From NCBI GenBank assembly GCA_965203905.1, contig CBDBDQ010000005.1, positions 2,176,001 through 2,240,000 of the forward strand: a stretch of 64,000 nucleotides of DNA, in the 5' to 3' direction. Positions 51,112-60,350 of the stretch are shown here, one piece after another. Position numbers and translations under genes: made by a program. How positions within the stretch are numbered: position 1 is the first letter of the stretch; each line of letters opens with the position of its first letter. Below the pieces are notes generated by a model. The model was given only the letters and a program-made list of their open reading frames with translations. It had not been told where the DNA came from and ran no database searches. Source of the stretch: Spirochaetia bacterium (GTDB taxonomy: Bacteria > Spirochaetota > Spirochaetia > SZUA-6 > Bin103).

Positions 51112-52119
51112 CTACCCGGCCGGTGGTTCGTGGACCAGTGCTGCGCGGGTAATCGGATGCTCGCCGAGCACCGGCACGGTCGCCTTTGCTTGCACCCCTC
51201 CGACCAACTCCAGAGAGTCGCCGAATTCGCATGACCTGATGCGCCGCTCGATCAGGTTGACGAACGTGGGGTTCAACTCAACTCCGACCCATTTTCTCCC
51301 CAGATCCTCAGCCGCCAGCAACGTTGTTCCGGAACCGGCATACGGATCCAGCACCACGTCATGCGGACGGCTGGTGATAGCGACGCATCGCCGTGCCAGC
51401 GTCATCGGCATCATCGCGGGATGATCATCCATGGTGCCGTCGCGCCGTAGCGGCTCCGTCGGAATGTCCCAGACCGTCCTCAGGCGGCGCCCCTTGGGTC
51501 CACGTACCACGTCGATGTCATAGTAGTAGTCCTGACTCTTTGACAGGAGGAATATGGTCTCGTGGGCTTTCGTCGGGCGATCGCGAACCGATTCCGGATG
51601 GGCATTCGGCTTGTGCCAGATGACCTCCGAGCGTAGCCACCAGCCCCGGTCCTGTAGGGCGAAGGCGAGCCGCCAGGGGATTCCGATCAGATCCTTGGGT
51701 TTGAGACCTTCCGGCGTCACTGGGCGCACCGTCATGGCGCGCGCCCGATTCTTGCGGTCCGGGGCGCGATATCGGCGGTTTCCCGACGTATAGGCGTCAC
51801 CCACGTTCAGCCACACCGTGCCATCGTCCGTGAGAACGCGGCGGAGCTTGTCGAACGTCTCCACGATGCTTGCCAGGTAGTCACTCAGGGGATCGTCCCG
51901 ACCGATCTGCCGATCGACCTCGTAGTTTCGGAGTGACCAGTATGGCGGCGAGGTCACCACTGTCTGAACGCTGCGCTCGGGAAGCAGGTCCATGGCATCA
52001 TTCGCGCATCCACACAGCAGCACCGACCGCTCCAGGCTGATATTCGCGGCTGGACCCTTCGTATCGAGCCGAATATAGTAAGGTTGTAACGACTCGCCCA
52101 CGGGAATTCGTTCACTCAT
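51112..52119 (-). CDS. Site-specific DNA methyltransferase (N4-C/N6-A, beta class), orphan
   Basis: VVTSPPY motif IV precedes VLDPYAGSGTT motif I; IWHKPN; HPA. Confidence 0.9.
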   Translation of the reverse strand: MSERIPVGESLQPYYIRLDTKGPAANISLERSVLLCGCANDAMDLLPERSVQTVVTSPPYWSLRNYEVDRQIGRDDPLSDYLASIVETFDKLRRVLTDDGTVWLNVGDAYTSGNRRYRAPDRKNRARAMTVRPVTPEGLKPKDLIGIPWRLAFALQDRGWWLRSEVIWHKPNAHPESVRDRPTKAHETIFLLSKSQDYYYDIDVVRGPKGRRLRTVWDIPTEPLRRDGTMDDHPAMMPMTLARRCVAITSRPHDVVLDPYAGSGTTLLAAEDLGRKWVGVELNPTFVNLIERRIRSCEFGDSLELVGGVQAKATVPVLGEHPITRAALVHEPPAG

Positions 52120-52185
52120 CTTAACGCATCAGCAGTTCTTGGTGCGGGCTGCTTCAGAGACGCGGTAGAACCAGCACCCATGGGT

Positions 52186-52215
52186 TCAGCAGGAGCACGT
52201 TCTTGTTGGCCTGCA
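52186..52215. repeat. 30-bp direct repeat, copy 1 (flanks NYN-2)
   Basis: TCAGCAGGAGCACGTTCTTGTTGGCCTGCA; 29/30 identical to 53603-53632. Confidence 0.85.
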
Positions 52216-52524
52216 GGTTGGTACGCCGGCTGCCTTATCGTTGGATTCACGTGACGTGACGCCCGGCTACTGGCTCACCTCATGGGTTTAAGGTGACGCG
52301 GCCGGGCAGTGACAGGTCGCCGGAGACAACGTCGTGCACTCCGGTGACGCACCCCAACGGGGCCTCAGCCTGTCGTTGATCTGCAGCTCCGCCGTCACGG
52401 CGTCGAACGACACGTTCTCGGTCTCGCTGACCGGGATCAGTGAGAGGCAGCGGTTGCGTCGGCACAGAGCGCGCCCGTCAGGTCCCAGGCTTGGCGTCAG
52501 CGTCCGGCCGAAAGGTTGCAAGCC

Positions 52525-53328
52525 TTACCCGTTATCCATGTGTTCCGACACGATCGTCCAGAAGGAGCCTCGGAGCTGATGTCTGGCTTCCTGATTGTCG
52601 CGAAGAGAACTCCCCAGGGCTTGCTCGCCGGTATGGATCAGTTCCGAGTCGATCAGAGACGGAATCCGGGGACGACCCTCAAGTAAAGTTCGAATTTCGT
52701 CTGAGTTCGCACTCTCGAGCCACTGTGCGGCGAATGTCTTTCCCACATCGGACAAGTCAGCATCGCCACCAATCTGTGGATATGGAGCTTGCGGGGTTGT
52801 GAAATACGCGCAAATATCCTCTCGATTCAAAACCACTACGTCGTCGGATTCGTATACCAGCTCTGGAGACTGGTTGCGTGATCCCGGCACTGGAGAAACT
52901 CCAATAAGGGTCACCCGCACTCCTTGATCCTGAGCCTCTTTAACCCCTTCGCGCAAGTCCTCATCGCCTGCTAGCAGGAAGGCTTCAGCTATCGCCCGAT
53001 CACGGGCAAGCGTCATGAGGTCCCGATAGATTAATGCATCTACTCCTTTCTGTTGTCCACGCGCATTGATCCGACCCAAGCGAAGCTTCACGTTGGGTAG
53101 ACAAGCAATGGCCTGTTGGCTCACGGTTCTGAGACCGAATCGCGCGCCGTCGTACCAGTAGGTGCGGAGAAATCTGAGCCCACATCGTTCTCGCAGTACA
53201 TTCGTCAGCATCACATTCAGATCTCGTTCGTTCACCTCGAATCGACGACGGGATGCCGTTCCGCAGCAGAGCTTTCCGCCTTCCGCGTACAAGTAGCCAG
53301 CATCCAAGAACAGCGCGAACTGGTCCAT
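52525..53328 (-). CDS. NYN-domain ribonuclease, NYN-2, with helical C-terminal extension
   Basis: FLDAGYLY, RTYWYDG, QQKGVD, LLAGDEDL; SD GGAGGT. Confidence 0.9.
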   Translation of the reverse strand: MDQFALFLDAGYLYAEGGKLCCGTASRRRFEVNERDLNVMLTNVLRERCGLRFLRTYWYDGARFGLRTVSQQAIACLPNVKLRLGRINARGQQKGVDALIYRDLMTLARDRAIAEAFLLAGDEDLREGVKEAQDQGVRVTLIGVSPVPGSRNQSPELVYESDDVVVLNREDICAYFTTPQAPYPQIGGDADLSDVGKTFAAQWLESANSDEIRTLLEGRPRIPSLIDSELIHTGEQALGSSLRDNQEARHQLRGSFWTIVSEHMDNG

Positions 53329-53338
53329 CAAGACCTCC

Positions 53339-53363
53339 AAAAAAAGGGCCTCCGAAGAGGCCC
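53339..53363 (-). terminator. Intrinsic terminator immediately upstream of the NYN-2 RBS
   Basis: Minus strand GGGCCTC-TTCG-GAGGCCC-TTTTTTT (cUUCGg tetraloop, U7). Confidence 0.85.
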
Positions 53364-53416
53364 CGGCTCCCCATCGAGGAGCTATCAAAACAAAGATGAT
53401 CGCCACAATGGCGATC
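53339..53416 (-). ncRNA. Candidate about 78-nt structured leader/antitoxin RNA upstream of NYN-2
   Basis: Three hairpins (53398-53416, 53366-53382, 53346-53363) and a U-rich linker between promoter and terminator. Confidence 0.5.
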
Positions 53417-53421
53417 GATAG

Positions 53422-53450
53422 AATGTACCGTGGTGGCTACCGAGCGTCAA
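53422..53450 (-). promoter_or_regulatory. Near-consensus sigma70 promoter
   Basis: Minus strand TTGACG-N17-TACATT. Confidence 0.75.
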
Positions 53451-53602
53451 CCCTCGCGGATCGGTAGATCGTCGGTCGGATGGCATGTTCCTGCAGCACT
53501 CTTCGGGTAGCCGGAGAGGCTGCCTAGCGGAGGCCGGTAGAAGCCGGATGTCCGCTTCCGGCTGGCGTAAATTGACCAGTAGGTTGGCACCGCCGGGCTC
53601 GG

Positions 53603-53632
53603 TCAGCAGGAGCACGTTCTCGTTGGCCTGCA
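53603..53632. repeat. 30-bp direct repeat, copy 2
   Basis: TCAGCAGGAGCACGTTCTCGTTGGCCTGCA. Confidence 0.85.
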
Positions 53633-53733
53633 CGTCGTCCGACGAGGAGAGCGGCGCGATCTGCCACGAACAGCGAGCCGGAGCATGACCGTTTCCGCGC
53701 GCTGCTCGGGCTGATACGGTGGCCGCACTGCCG

Positions 53734-55584
53734 ATGGGTGCGAATGCCGACTCCGAGCCGCGTCCTTCCGGGGCTGCCCGTCGATACAGCCTGCTGCGCG
53801 GCCTCGGGGTCGTCGCGGGAGACGCCCCGGTTGCGGCTGCGGTTCGCGCCGTGGCGGCGCTGGCGGCCGGAGCCGCCACCGGTCCCCTCCTGGTCCTGGC
53901 GACCGAACGCTTCATTGCAGCCGCCCTCGACGTCGCCGGCGGGGAGTTGCCGTTCGCCGCCATCGCCGCGCCGGTGGTTATGCTCCTGGCGCTGTTCGCG
54001 GTCGAGGTGCTGCAGACCGCGGTGCGCAGCCTGACCGACGCACGCATCGAGATGGGACTGCGCGGCGGTTTCCGCACCGATCTGACCGCGAAGCGGGCGC
54101 GGCTGGAGTATCGCCACCTCGAGAGCCCCGAGACGGCCGACCTGCTGCGCCGCGTCGCGACGGGACCGCAGATGGAGTCGCAGCCGGCGCCCGAGCGGGG
54201 ACCGGTCAAGCAGGCGTTCGACGACGTGATCGGACTGGCGGCCGTCGCCGTGCGGGTGATCGGCATCGCCGTGGTGCTGGCGCGGCTGAGCTGGTGGATC
54301 GTTCCCGTGGTGCTGGTGGTCACGGTGCCGTTCGTGCTGCTCGGCATCAGGGGCGGGCGGCGGGCGTACGAGCTGGAGCGCCGCGTGGCACGCCGGCGGC
54401 GCCGCGCCGAGTACCTCTCGGGCGAGGTGCTGCAGGGTCGAGATTCCGCTGCCGAGCGGGCGCTGTTCGGCTACTCCGACTATGTGCAGAGCCGGTGGCG
54501 CAGCGTCTTCGAAGGGGTGGTGCGGCTGGAGATGCTCTGGAATGCGCGCATCTGGGTGCGCTTCAAGAGTGCCGGCGGGGTGGCGATCGCCGGCATCATC
54601 ATTGCCATGCTGGCGTTCCTGAGGCCGCTCCAGACCGGGGCCATCGACGTTGCCTTCTACGTCGCCGCGGTCATGGCGCTGCTGCAGGCTGAGCGCGTGG
54701 TGGCGCAGGAGCTGGTCCAGATCACCTCCCGCCTCGCTCAGCACCGGGAGTTCTTCCGCGACCTGACCACCTTTTCCGAGCTGGCCGAGACCCGGCGCGC
54801 GCTCACCAGGCGCCCGCCGGAAGGCGGCTTCAGGTCCATCGAGTTCGTCGGGGTGAGCTTCGCCTACCCCGGCACGGACGCTCCGGTCTTGAAGGAGGTG
54901 AGCTTCGTGCTGGAGGCGGGACGCCACTATGCCCTGGTGGGCGCCAACGGAGCCGGCAAGTCCACCATCACCAAGCTGATGCTGGGATTGTACCCGCCCA
55001 CCGGCGGTGAGATCCTGATCGACGGCAGACCAATTGCCGAGTGGCCGCAGGATGCGCTCAACGGCCTGTTCGGCGTGGTGTTCCAGGACTTCGCCCGCTA
55101 CTCCCTGACGCTGCGCGACAACGTCTTCCTGCGCGCTCGGGGCCGCGACGACGCCGCCCTGGTCGCGGCAGCCCTGGAACAGGCGGGCCTCGGGGAACTG
55201 GTCGGCGGGCTGCCCGGCGGCGCCGATACGCCGCTCGGGAAAGTGCTGGCCGGCGGGGTGGACATCTCCGGCGGGCAGTGGCAGCGGCTGGCCCTGGCCC
55301 GCTCGCTGGCTGACGCGGCGCCGGTACGCATCCTCGACGAGCCCACCGCGGCGCTCGATCCGCTGGCCGAGAGCGAGTTGTACCACTCCTACGCGCGGGC
55401 GGCGGCGGGGCTCACGACGCTGTTCATCAGCCATCGTCTGGGCTCGACCAAGATCGCCGACCGCATCCTGGTGGTGGACGGCGGCGTGATCGGCGAGTCC
55501 GGCACCCACGACGAGTTGATGCGGCGGCAAGGCCGTTACGCGCAGATGTTCGCCGCACAGAGGCAGTGGTATGAAGCCGGCTGA
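53734..55584 (+). CDS. ABC exporter subunit (TMD+NBD)
   Basis: GANGAGKST, VFQDF, ISGGQWQR, ILDEPTAALDP, ISHRL. Confidence 0.92.
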   Translation: MGANADSEPRPSGAARRYSLLRGLGVVAGDAPVAAAVRAVAALAAGAATGPLLVLATERFIAAALDVAGGELPFAAIAAPVVMLLALFAVEVLQTAVRSLTDARIEMGLRGGFRTDLTAKRARLEYRHLESPETADLLRRVATGPQMESQPAPERGPVKQAFDDVIGLAAVAVRVIGIAVVLARLSWWIVPVVLVVTVPFVLLGIRGGRRAYELERRVARRRRRAEYLSGEVLQGRDSAAERALFGYSDYVQSRWRSVFEGVVRLEMLWNARIWVRFKSAGGVAIAGIIIAMLAFLRPLQTGAIDVAFYVAAVMALLQAERVVAQELVQITSRLAQHREFFRDLTTFSELAETRRALTRRPPEGGFRSIEFVGVSFAYPGTDAPVLKEVSFVLEAGRHYALVGANGAGKSTITKLMLGLYPPTGGEILIDGRPIAEWPQDALNGLFGVVFQDFARYSLTLRDNVFLRARGRDDAALVAAALEQAGLGELVGGLPGGADTPLGKVLAGGVDISGGQWQRLALARSLADAAPVRILDEPTAALDPLAESELYHSYARAAAGLTTLFISHRLGSTKIADRILVVDGGVIGESGTHDELMRRQGRYAQMFAAQRQWYEAG

Positions 55585-57346
55585 CCGACCCTCCTACCTG
55601 CGCGTCCTCGGCACGGTGATCGGCCTGCTGAGCCGGCGCGCGCCGCTGCCGCTCATTGCGCAAGCAGCCGTCGGGCTGGTGCTCATGGGCGCCAATGTGC
55701 TGGTGTTCTTCCTGCTGGAGCGGCTGATGTCGCAGGTAGCGGGCAGCGGGCCGCCGGAGGATCTGGTTGGGCCCATTCTCGTGGTGGGTGCAGTGATCGT
55801 AGTGCGAGAATTGCTGGAGGTGGTGGCCGATCCGCTGGCCGTCTACCTCGGCGGCAAGGGCTCCAGCGCCCTGACCGCGGCGTTGAACGAGAAGGCGGCG
55901 CGACTGGAGGTCGTCGAATTCGAGACCCTCGCCGCCCACGAGCGCCTGGAGCTGGCCAAGCGGGGCGTGGACGCCGCCGTTTCGATGCTGCTGGCCTTCC
56001 TGTTCCCCGTGTTCCAGCTCACCTTCTTCGTGATGGCGGCCGGCTATCTCTTTTCTCTCTCGCCGCTGCTGGCGCTGGTCATTCCGCTGATGTTCGCACC
56101 CCGCATCGCCAGTTACCTGATCCACGGCAGCCGCCACTACCGGCTCGAACGGAAGACGGTCCCGCTGCTGCGCGAGTTTCAGTACCTGGAGCGCTGCCTG
56201 GTGGACCGCGAGTACTTCAAGGAAACCAGGATCCTCGGCGCCGGAGCTTATCTCCTCAAGCGCTATCGCGCCGCCATCGGCCGCTTCAGCGCGGCACGGT
56301 GGCGCGAGGATGTGCGTCTGGGCGCCATCGACCTGGGGTTGAACGTGCTCGTGCTGATCGGCTACGGCGGATCGTTCCTCCTGGCGGCGCTGCTGCTGGC
56401 GGGCGGCAGCATCACCGTCGGCGGGTTCGCGGTGGTGATCTACGCGGTGAGCCGACTGATGCGGATGACGCAAGCGGTGATGGGCATGCTCGGCAGCTCC
56501 TACCGCGCCAGCGCCACGGCGTCCCACCTGCTGGAGTTCCTGCGTCTCGACGAGGGCCGACCACCGGGTGATCGCACTGTCGCCGCAGCGGCGGGGAACC
56601 TGACCGTACGCGGGGTCGCCTTCACGTACCCCGGGAGCGAACGGGATGCCGTGAGCGGGATGAATCTCGAGGTCGGCCGGGGGACGACGCTGGCCCTGGT
56701 GGGGGCCAACGGCGCCGGCAAGACCACCCTCGCCAAGCTGCTGCTGGGGCTGTACGTCCCGACTTCCGGACGGGTGACAAGGGGCGGCGTCGATACCCGA
56801 AAGACGTCCAGGACCGCGATACGGGCCGCCACCTCGGCAGTGTTCCAGAATTATCAGCGCTACCAGATGAGCCTGCGCGACAACGTCATCCTGGCGGATA
56901 CGCCGGCAGCGGGAAACGGGTCGCGGCTGCTGAAGGCGCTGCGTGAAGGTGGCGTACCGGAGGAGCTGTGGCACCGCTCGGAGGGGCTGGACGTGATGCT
57001 GTCGCGCGAGTTCGGCACCCGTGACCTCTCCCTCGGGCAGTGGCAGCGGCTGGCCATCGCGCGCGGACTGTTCCGCGAGCATGACACGATCCTGCTGGAC
57101 GAACCGACGGCGTCGATCGACCCGCTGGAGGAGCAGGCGGTGTACGAGCGGTTCCTGAAGATCGCGGCCGGGCGCACCGCGATCATCGTCACCCACCGCC
57201 TCGCCTCGGCGCGGCTGGCCGACCGCATCCTGGTGCTGGACGGCGGCCGCATCGTCGAAGACGGCACCCACGAGCAGCTGCTGGCCCGCCGCGGCCTGTA
57301 CCACCGCATGTTTACCGCCCAGGCCGCCTGGTATGAGCGAAGCTGA
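55571..57346 (+). CDS. ABC exporter subunit (TMD+NBD), heterodimer partner
   Basis: GANGAGKTT, degenerate signature LSLGQWQR, LLDEPT, VTHRL. Confidence 0.92.
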   Translation: MKPADRPSYLRVLGTVIGLLSRRAPLPLIAQAAVGLVLMGANVLVFFLLERLMSQVAGSGPPEDLVGPILVVGAVIVVRELLEVVADPLAVYLGGKGSSALTAALNEKAARLEVVEFETLAAHERLELAKRGVDAAVSMLLAFLFPVFQLTFFVMAAGYLFSLSPLLALVIPLMFAPRIASYLIHGSRHYRLERKTVPLLREFQYLERCLVDREYFKETRILGAGAYLLKRYRAAIGRFSAARWREDVRLGAIDLGLNVLVLIGYGGSFLLAALLLAGGSITVGGFAVVIYAVSRLMRMTQAVMGMLGSSYRASATASHLLEFLRLDEGRPPGDRTVAAAAGNLTVRGVAFTYPGSERDAVSGMNLEVGRGTTLALVGANGAGKTTLAKLLLGLYVPTSGRVTRGGVDTRKTSRTAIRAATSAVFQNYQRYQMSLRDNVILADTPAAGNGSRLLKALREGGVPEELWHRSEGLDVMLSREFGTRDLSLGQWQRLAIARGLFREHDTILLDEPTASIDPLEEQAVYERFLKIAAGRTAIIVTHRLASARLADRILVLDGGRIVEDGTHEQLLARRGLYHRMFTAQAAWYERS

Positions 57347-57371
57347 CGGGCGCGTCGTCTCGGACCGCAGC

Positions 57372-58142
57372 CTACCGGCGACGCAGGTAGCGTTGGGTAA
57401 AGTACCGGTCCGGGATCTCGCCAGAGAAGGACAGCTCTTCGAATACGATCTCCGATACGTGGCCGGTCTGATGGTTGAGCATCCGCACCCGGGACGGGAA
57501 GGCATAGCCGTCGGCCTCGTGCTCTTCCTGCACGATCAGTTCCTTCAACAGATCGCCGGCCAGGTCGTAGAACACGACCCTTTCCCGCGCGAAGTTGTCC
57601 TTGCGAATGAAGTGCTCCTCGCGGGAGTAGCCGAACGTGCGCTGCAACTCCGGGGTGCGACCGCGTACGTCCACCACGAAGTGGGTGTCGTCATCCGTAG
57701 GGAGCAGGGCGCGCACGTACTCGGTTTCGTCGCGGCTCACCAGATCGCGAAACGTGAAGTCGCTGCCGAGGAAATAACCGCCGCCGGAGGAACCGAGGTC
57801 GACCCGCTTGATGCGGTCCATCGCGGGCAGGTACATCCACATGCTGTCCTCGCCCTGTTCCGTGTTGGAATGGACCAGCAGCGCCGTGTCGCGCACGTTG
57901 GGCGGGAAGGTGAACACGAACAGCCGGTCCTGCCGCTCCGCGTCGCGCTGTTTCTGGTAGGAGTCGGCGCGGATCACCCGCTGGTCGCCGCTCGGCGAGG
58001 TGATGGTCAGGGTGATGGAGGCCGAAATATTGTCGGGCGCGCCGCGCGCATCGGCGCGGGCCGCGATCTCGGCCGCGTCCTGGGCCGCTACCGGGGATGC
58101 CGCTGCCAGTCCGGCGACCAGTGCGAGGGCAATGAAGAGCAT
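57372..58142 (-). CDS. LolA-like outer-membrane lipoprotein-sorting protein
   Basis: Signal peptide; F..P..VR.TALL, WMYLPA..RIKR, FLGSDFTF.DL, FYD..G.LLK, FTQRYL. Confidence 0.85.
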   Translation of the reverse strand: MLFIALALVAGLAAASPVAAQDAAEIAARADARGAPDNISASITLTITSPSGDQRVIRADSYQKQRDAERQDRLFVFTFPPNVRDTALLVHSNTEQGEDSMWMYLPAMDRIKRVDLGSSGGGYFLGSDFTFRDLVSRDETEYVRALLPTDDDTHFVVDVRGRTPELQRTFGYSREEHFIRKDNFARERVVFYDLAGDLLKELIVQEEHEADGYAFPSRVRMLNHQTGHVSEIVFEELSFSGEIPDRYFTQRYLRRR

Positions 58143-58191
58143 GCAGGTATCAGTTTAGCCGTGTTTCCACAGGTTTCAACCGCTGGAATGC

Positions 58192-58220
58192 TTGCAACCT
58201 CACGGGTGGAGTGTTACCGT
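58192..58220 (+). promoter_or_regulatory. Putative promoter of the lipoprotein gene
   Basis: TTGCAA-N17-TACCGT with TG extension. Confidence 0.45.
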
Positions 58221-58263
58221 GGACTTGAACGTGGACATGACGTCCGCGTTGGGAGGGATACTC

Positions 58264-58851
58264 ATGAAGATCGTTTCGCATATGGCAATTGTGACGGCCG
58301 TGTTGCTGACGGCGCTGCTGGTTGGCTGCGCAGATGGTCCGGGCAAGGCCCCCGACGAGGAAAAGCCGGCGGAGGAAAAGCCGCCGGAGGAAATGCCGGA
58401 GACACCCGCACCACCCCCGACGCAGGTGTTCAGTGGCACTTTCGTAGCCACCCCGGACAATCCCTTAATTCCCTTGACCGGGACGATTACCGCTAACATC
58501 ACCGGCATCAATCAAGCTGGCGAAGACCTGACTGACCCCGAATTAGCCGCAGTGATCGCGGGACTTGGCGGTGCTGAGCAGACTTTCACTTACGTGGCTT
58601 CGATTACTATGGAGGGGACTACGATCACGCTGACCGGCGGGCTGATCGATGCACTGATTGCACCCGGAGCGAGCGTTACGGCAAGCAGGTCAGAGCCGGC
58701 GACGGACCCGACGACAGCCTTGTTCGGAACGTGGATGGTCACAATGCCGCCGGATCCTGAAACGATGGTAACCACCACGTTGACGCTCGTTACTACGGCT
58801 CCGGATAGCTTCACACTGACGGTAGCCCACGCGCTGCCGGCATCCAGTTAG
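58264..58851 (+). CDS. Hypothetical lipoprotein with EEKP/Pro-rich tether and beta-rich domain
   Basis: SD GGGAGG, lipobox LVGC, EEKPAEEKPPEEMP repeats, Thr-rich strands. Confidence 0.7.
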   Translation: MKIVSHMAIVTAVLLTALLVGCADGPGKAPDEEKPAEEKPPEEMPETPAPPPTQVFSGTFVATPDNPLIPLTGTITANITGINQAGEDLTDPELAAVIAGLGGAEQTFTYVASITMEGTTITLTGGLIDALIAPGASVTASRSEPATDPTTALFGTWMVTMPPDPETMVTTTLTLVTTAPDSFTLTVAHALPASS

Positions 58852-58888
58852 CCGGGTAGCGCGGGGCCGACCCCCACGGCGGGCGGCG

Positions 58889-60349
58889 TCAGAAGTGCAG
58901 CGTGGTCCGCAGGAACACGTTGTCCTTGGCGTCGTCGCGCCGGAGCAGGTCCGTGTCGCCACTGTCGGAGTCGCCTGCCAGCCACCATAGGTTGGCGCCG
59001 GCGGCTACCGACAGCGTGTCGCTCACGGCATAGCTGATCCGCGGGGCGAAGTGGAACGCCTCCTCCGTGATGCCCCAGACGCCGAGCGCTCCGACGCCGA
59101 GGCGCTCGCGCAGCAGGGTCGTGTGCAGCCTGCCGACCAGGTACCAGGAGTGCGGCCGGTGCTGCAGCAGGTACTGGTCGGCCAGCGTACCCACGTACGC
59201 TTCGAGAAAGGGGCTGTAGTCCGATCTCCATGCTGCCTGGTCGTGCAGCACCTGCCGGTGGTAGACGCCCGCCAGCATGGTGAACGACTGCGAGCCGATG
59301 GCGAACGCGTGGTCCGCCTGCAGCACCGACACCAGTTCGGGATTCTTGGTGTCGATGCGGGAGCCGGACAGGTTCTCCGCGGCGAACTTGAACCCGGCAT
59401 CGGCGGACACCACCCAGCCGTCCAGGGCGAGGCTGGCGCCTACCCCGAGGTTATGCGCGCGCCGGTAGGCCGGCGTCACGGTGCCCGTGATGTCGTACCG
59501 CGTGCCGTCTGCGGAGCGCCGCTCCCTCAGCCCACTCAAGTCGAAGTCCAGCAGTTGGTCGCGGAAGTATGAGTAGCTGACCTGCAGGTCGGCCACGAAG
59601 GTGGAGTACGAGAGCGCCGCGTGCACCGAGTGCGCCCACTCCGAGAACGGCGTCACCGGGGGATTGAGGAACCGGGCATCCACGGCGAACGTATCGCCGA
59701 GGATGTTGAACCGGGTATCGATTGCCAGTTCTTCGATCGCCACCAGGTCGGGCGCCAGGAACGGCACGTACACCAGCTCCAGGCTCAGGTAATCGCTCGG
59801 GTATGCGCTGGCGTGCAGCACCGGATCGGCCCGCGCGCCGCCCAGCACGTCGTCCAGGGCCAGCAGGTCGGTATTGCTGTGGTTGACCACGTCGAGCGGA
59901 CTCAGCAGGTCCGCCTTGCCCCAGCGTACGAACTTCTTGCCGATGTCGAGGTCGAAGGGGCCGAGCCGCAGCGCCACATACGCCTGCCGGACGAGGTTGT
60001 CGAGATCGGTCAGCGTGGCCCCGGCGGGCACCGACTCGAGTCCGTGCACGCCATACTGGGCAAACCCCATCAGTTCCACGAACGCCGCCAGATCTCCGCT
60101 GTCGCTGGAGGCGTCGAGTTGCGCCACGGCGGTGAGCCGCAGCCGCTCGTTGGTGTAGAACTGCTCCGGCGCCACCAGCCCGTAGTGGTCGAGCTGTACG
60201 AAGCCGGTAACGTCGAGGTCGAAGCCATCGGCTGCGGCGCTGCTCAGCACTGCCATTGCCCACGCCGTCGCCGCGGTAAGCCGCCGCCAGTGGTACACGC
60301 CCAACCTACCGACAGCGCAGGGCGCGCCGGGTGATCCGCAAGCCAACAT
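58889..60349 (-). CDS. Putative outer-membrane beta-barrel protein (DUF1302-like); start uncertain
   Basis: Signal-like N-terminus, RQAYV....GK..V.WG.AD..SP.DV.N motif, amphipathic strands, terminal Phe. Confidence 0.7.
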   Translation of the reverse strand: MLACGSPGAPCAVGRLGVYHWRRLTAATAWAMAVLSSAAADGFDLDVTGFVQLDHYGLVAPEQFYTNERLRLTAVAQLDASSDSGDLAAFVELMGFAQYGVHGLESVPAGATLTDLDNLVRQAYVALRLGPFDLDIGKKFVRWGKADLLSPLDVVNHSNTDLLALDDVLGGARADPVLHASAYPSDYLSLELVYVPFLAPDLVAIEELAIDTRFNILGDTFAVDARFLNPPVTPFSEWAHSVHAALSYSTFVADLQVSYSYFRDQLLDFDLSGLRERRSADGTRYDITGTVTPAYRRAHNLGVGASLALDGWVVSADAGFKFAAENLSGSRIDTKNPELVSVLQADHAFAIGSQSFTMLAGVYHRQVLHDQAAWRSDYSPFLEAYVGTLADQYLLQHRPHSWYLVGRLHTTLLRERLGVGALGVWGITEEAFHFAPRISYAVSDTLSVAAGANLWWLAGDSDSGDTDLLRRDDAKDNVFLRTTLHF

Positions 60350-60350
60350 G

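Noticed and set aside
44001-53700. Integron cassette array or prophage explaining the cargo genes
   Set aside because: No integrase, no recognisable attC-like repeats and no phage structural genes; cargo alternates with backbone genes in mixed orientation
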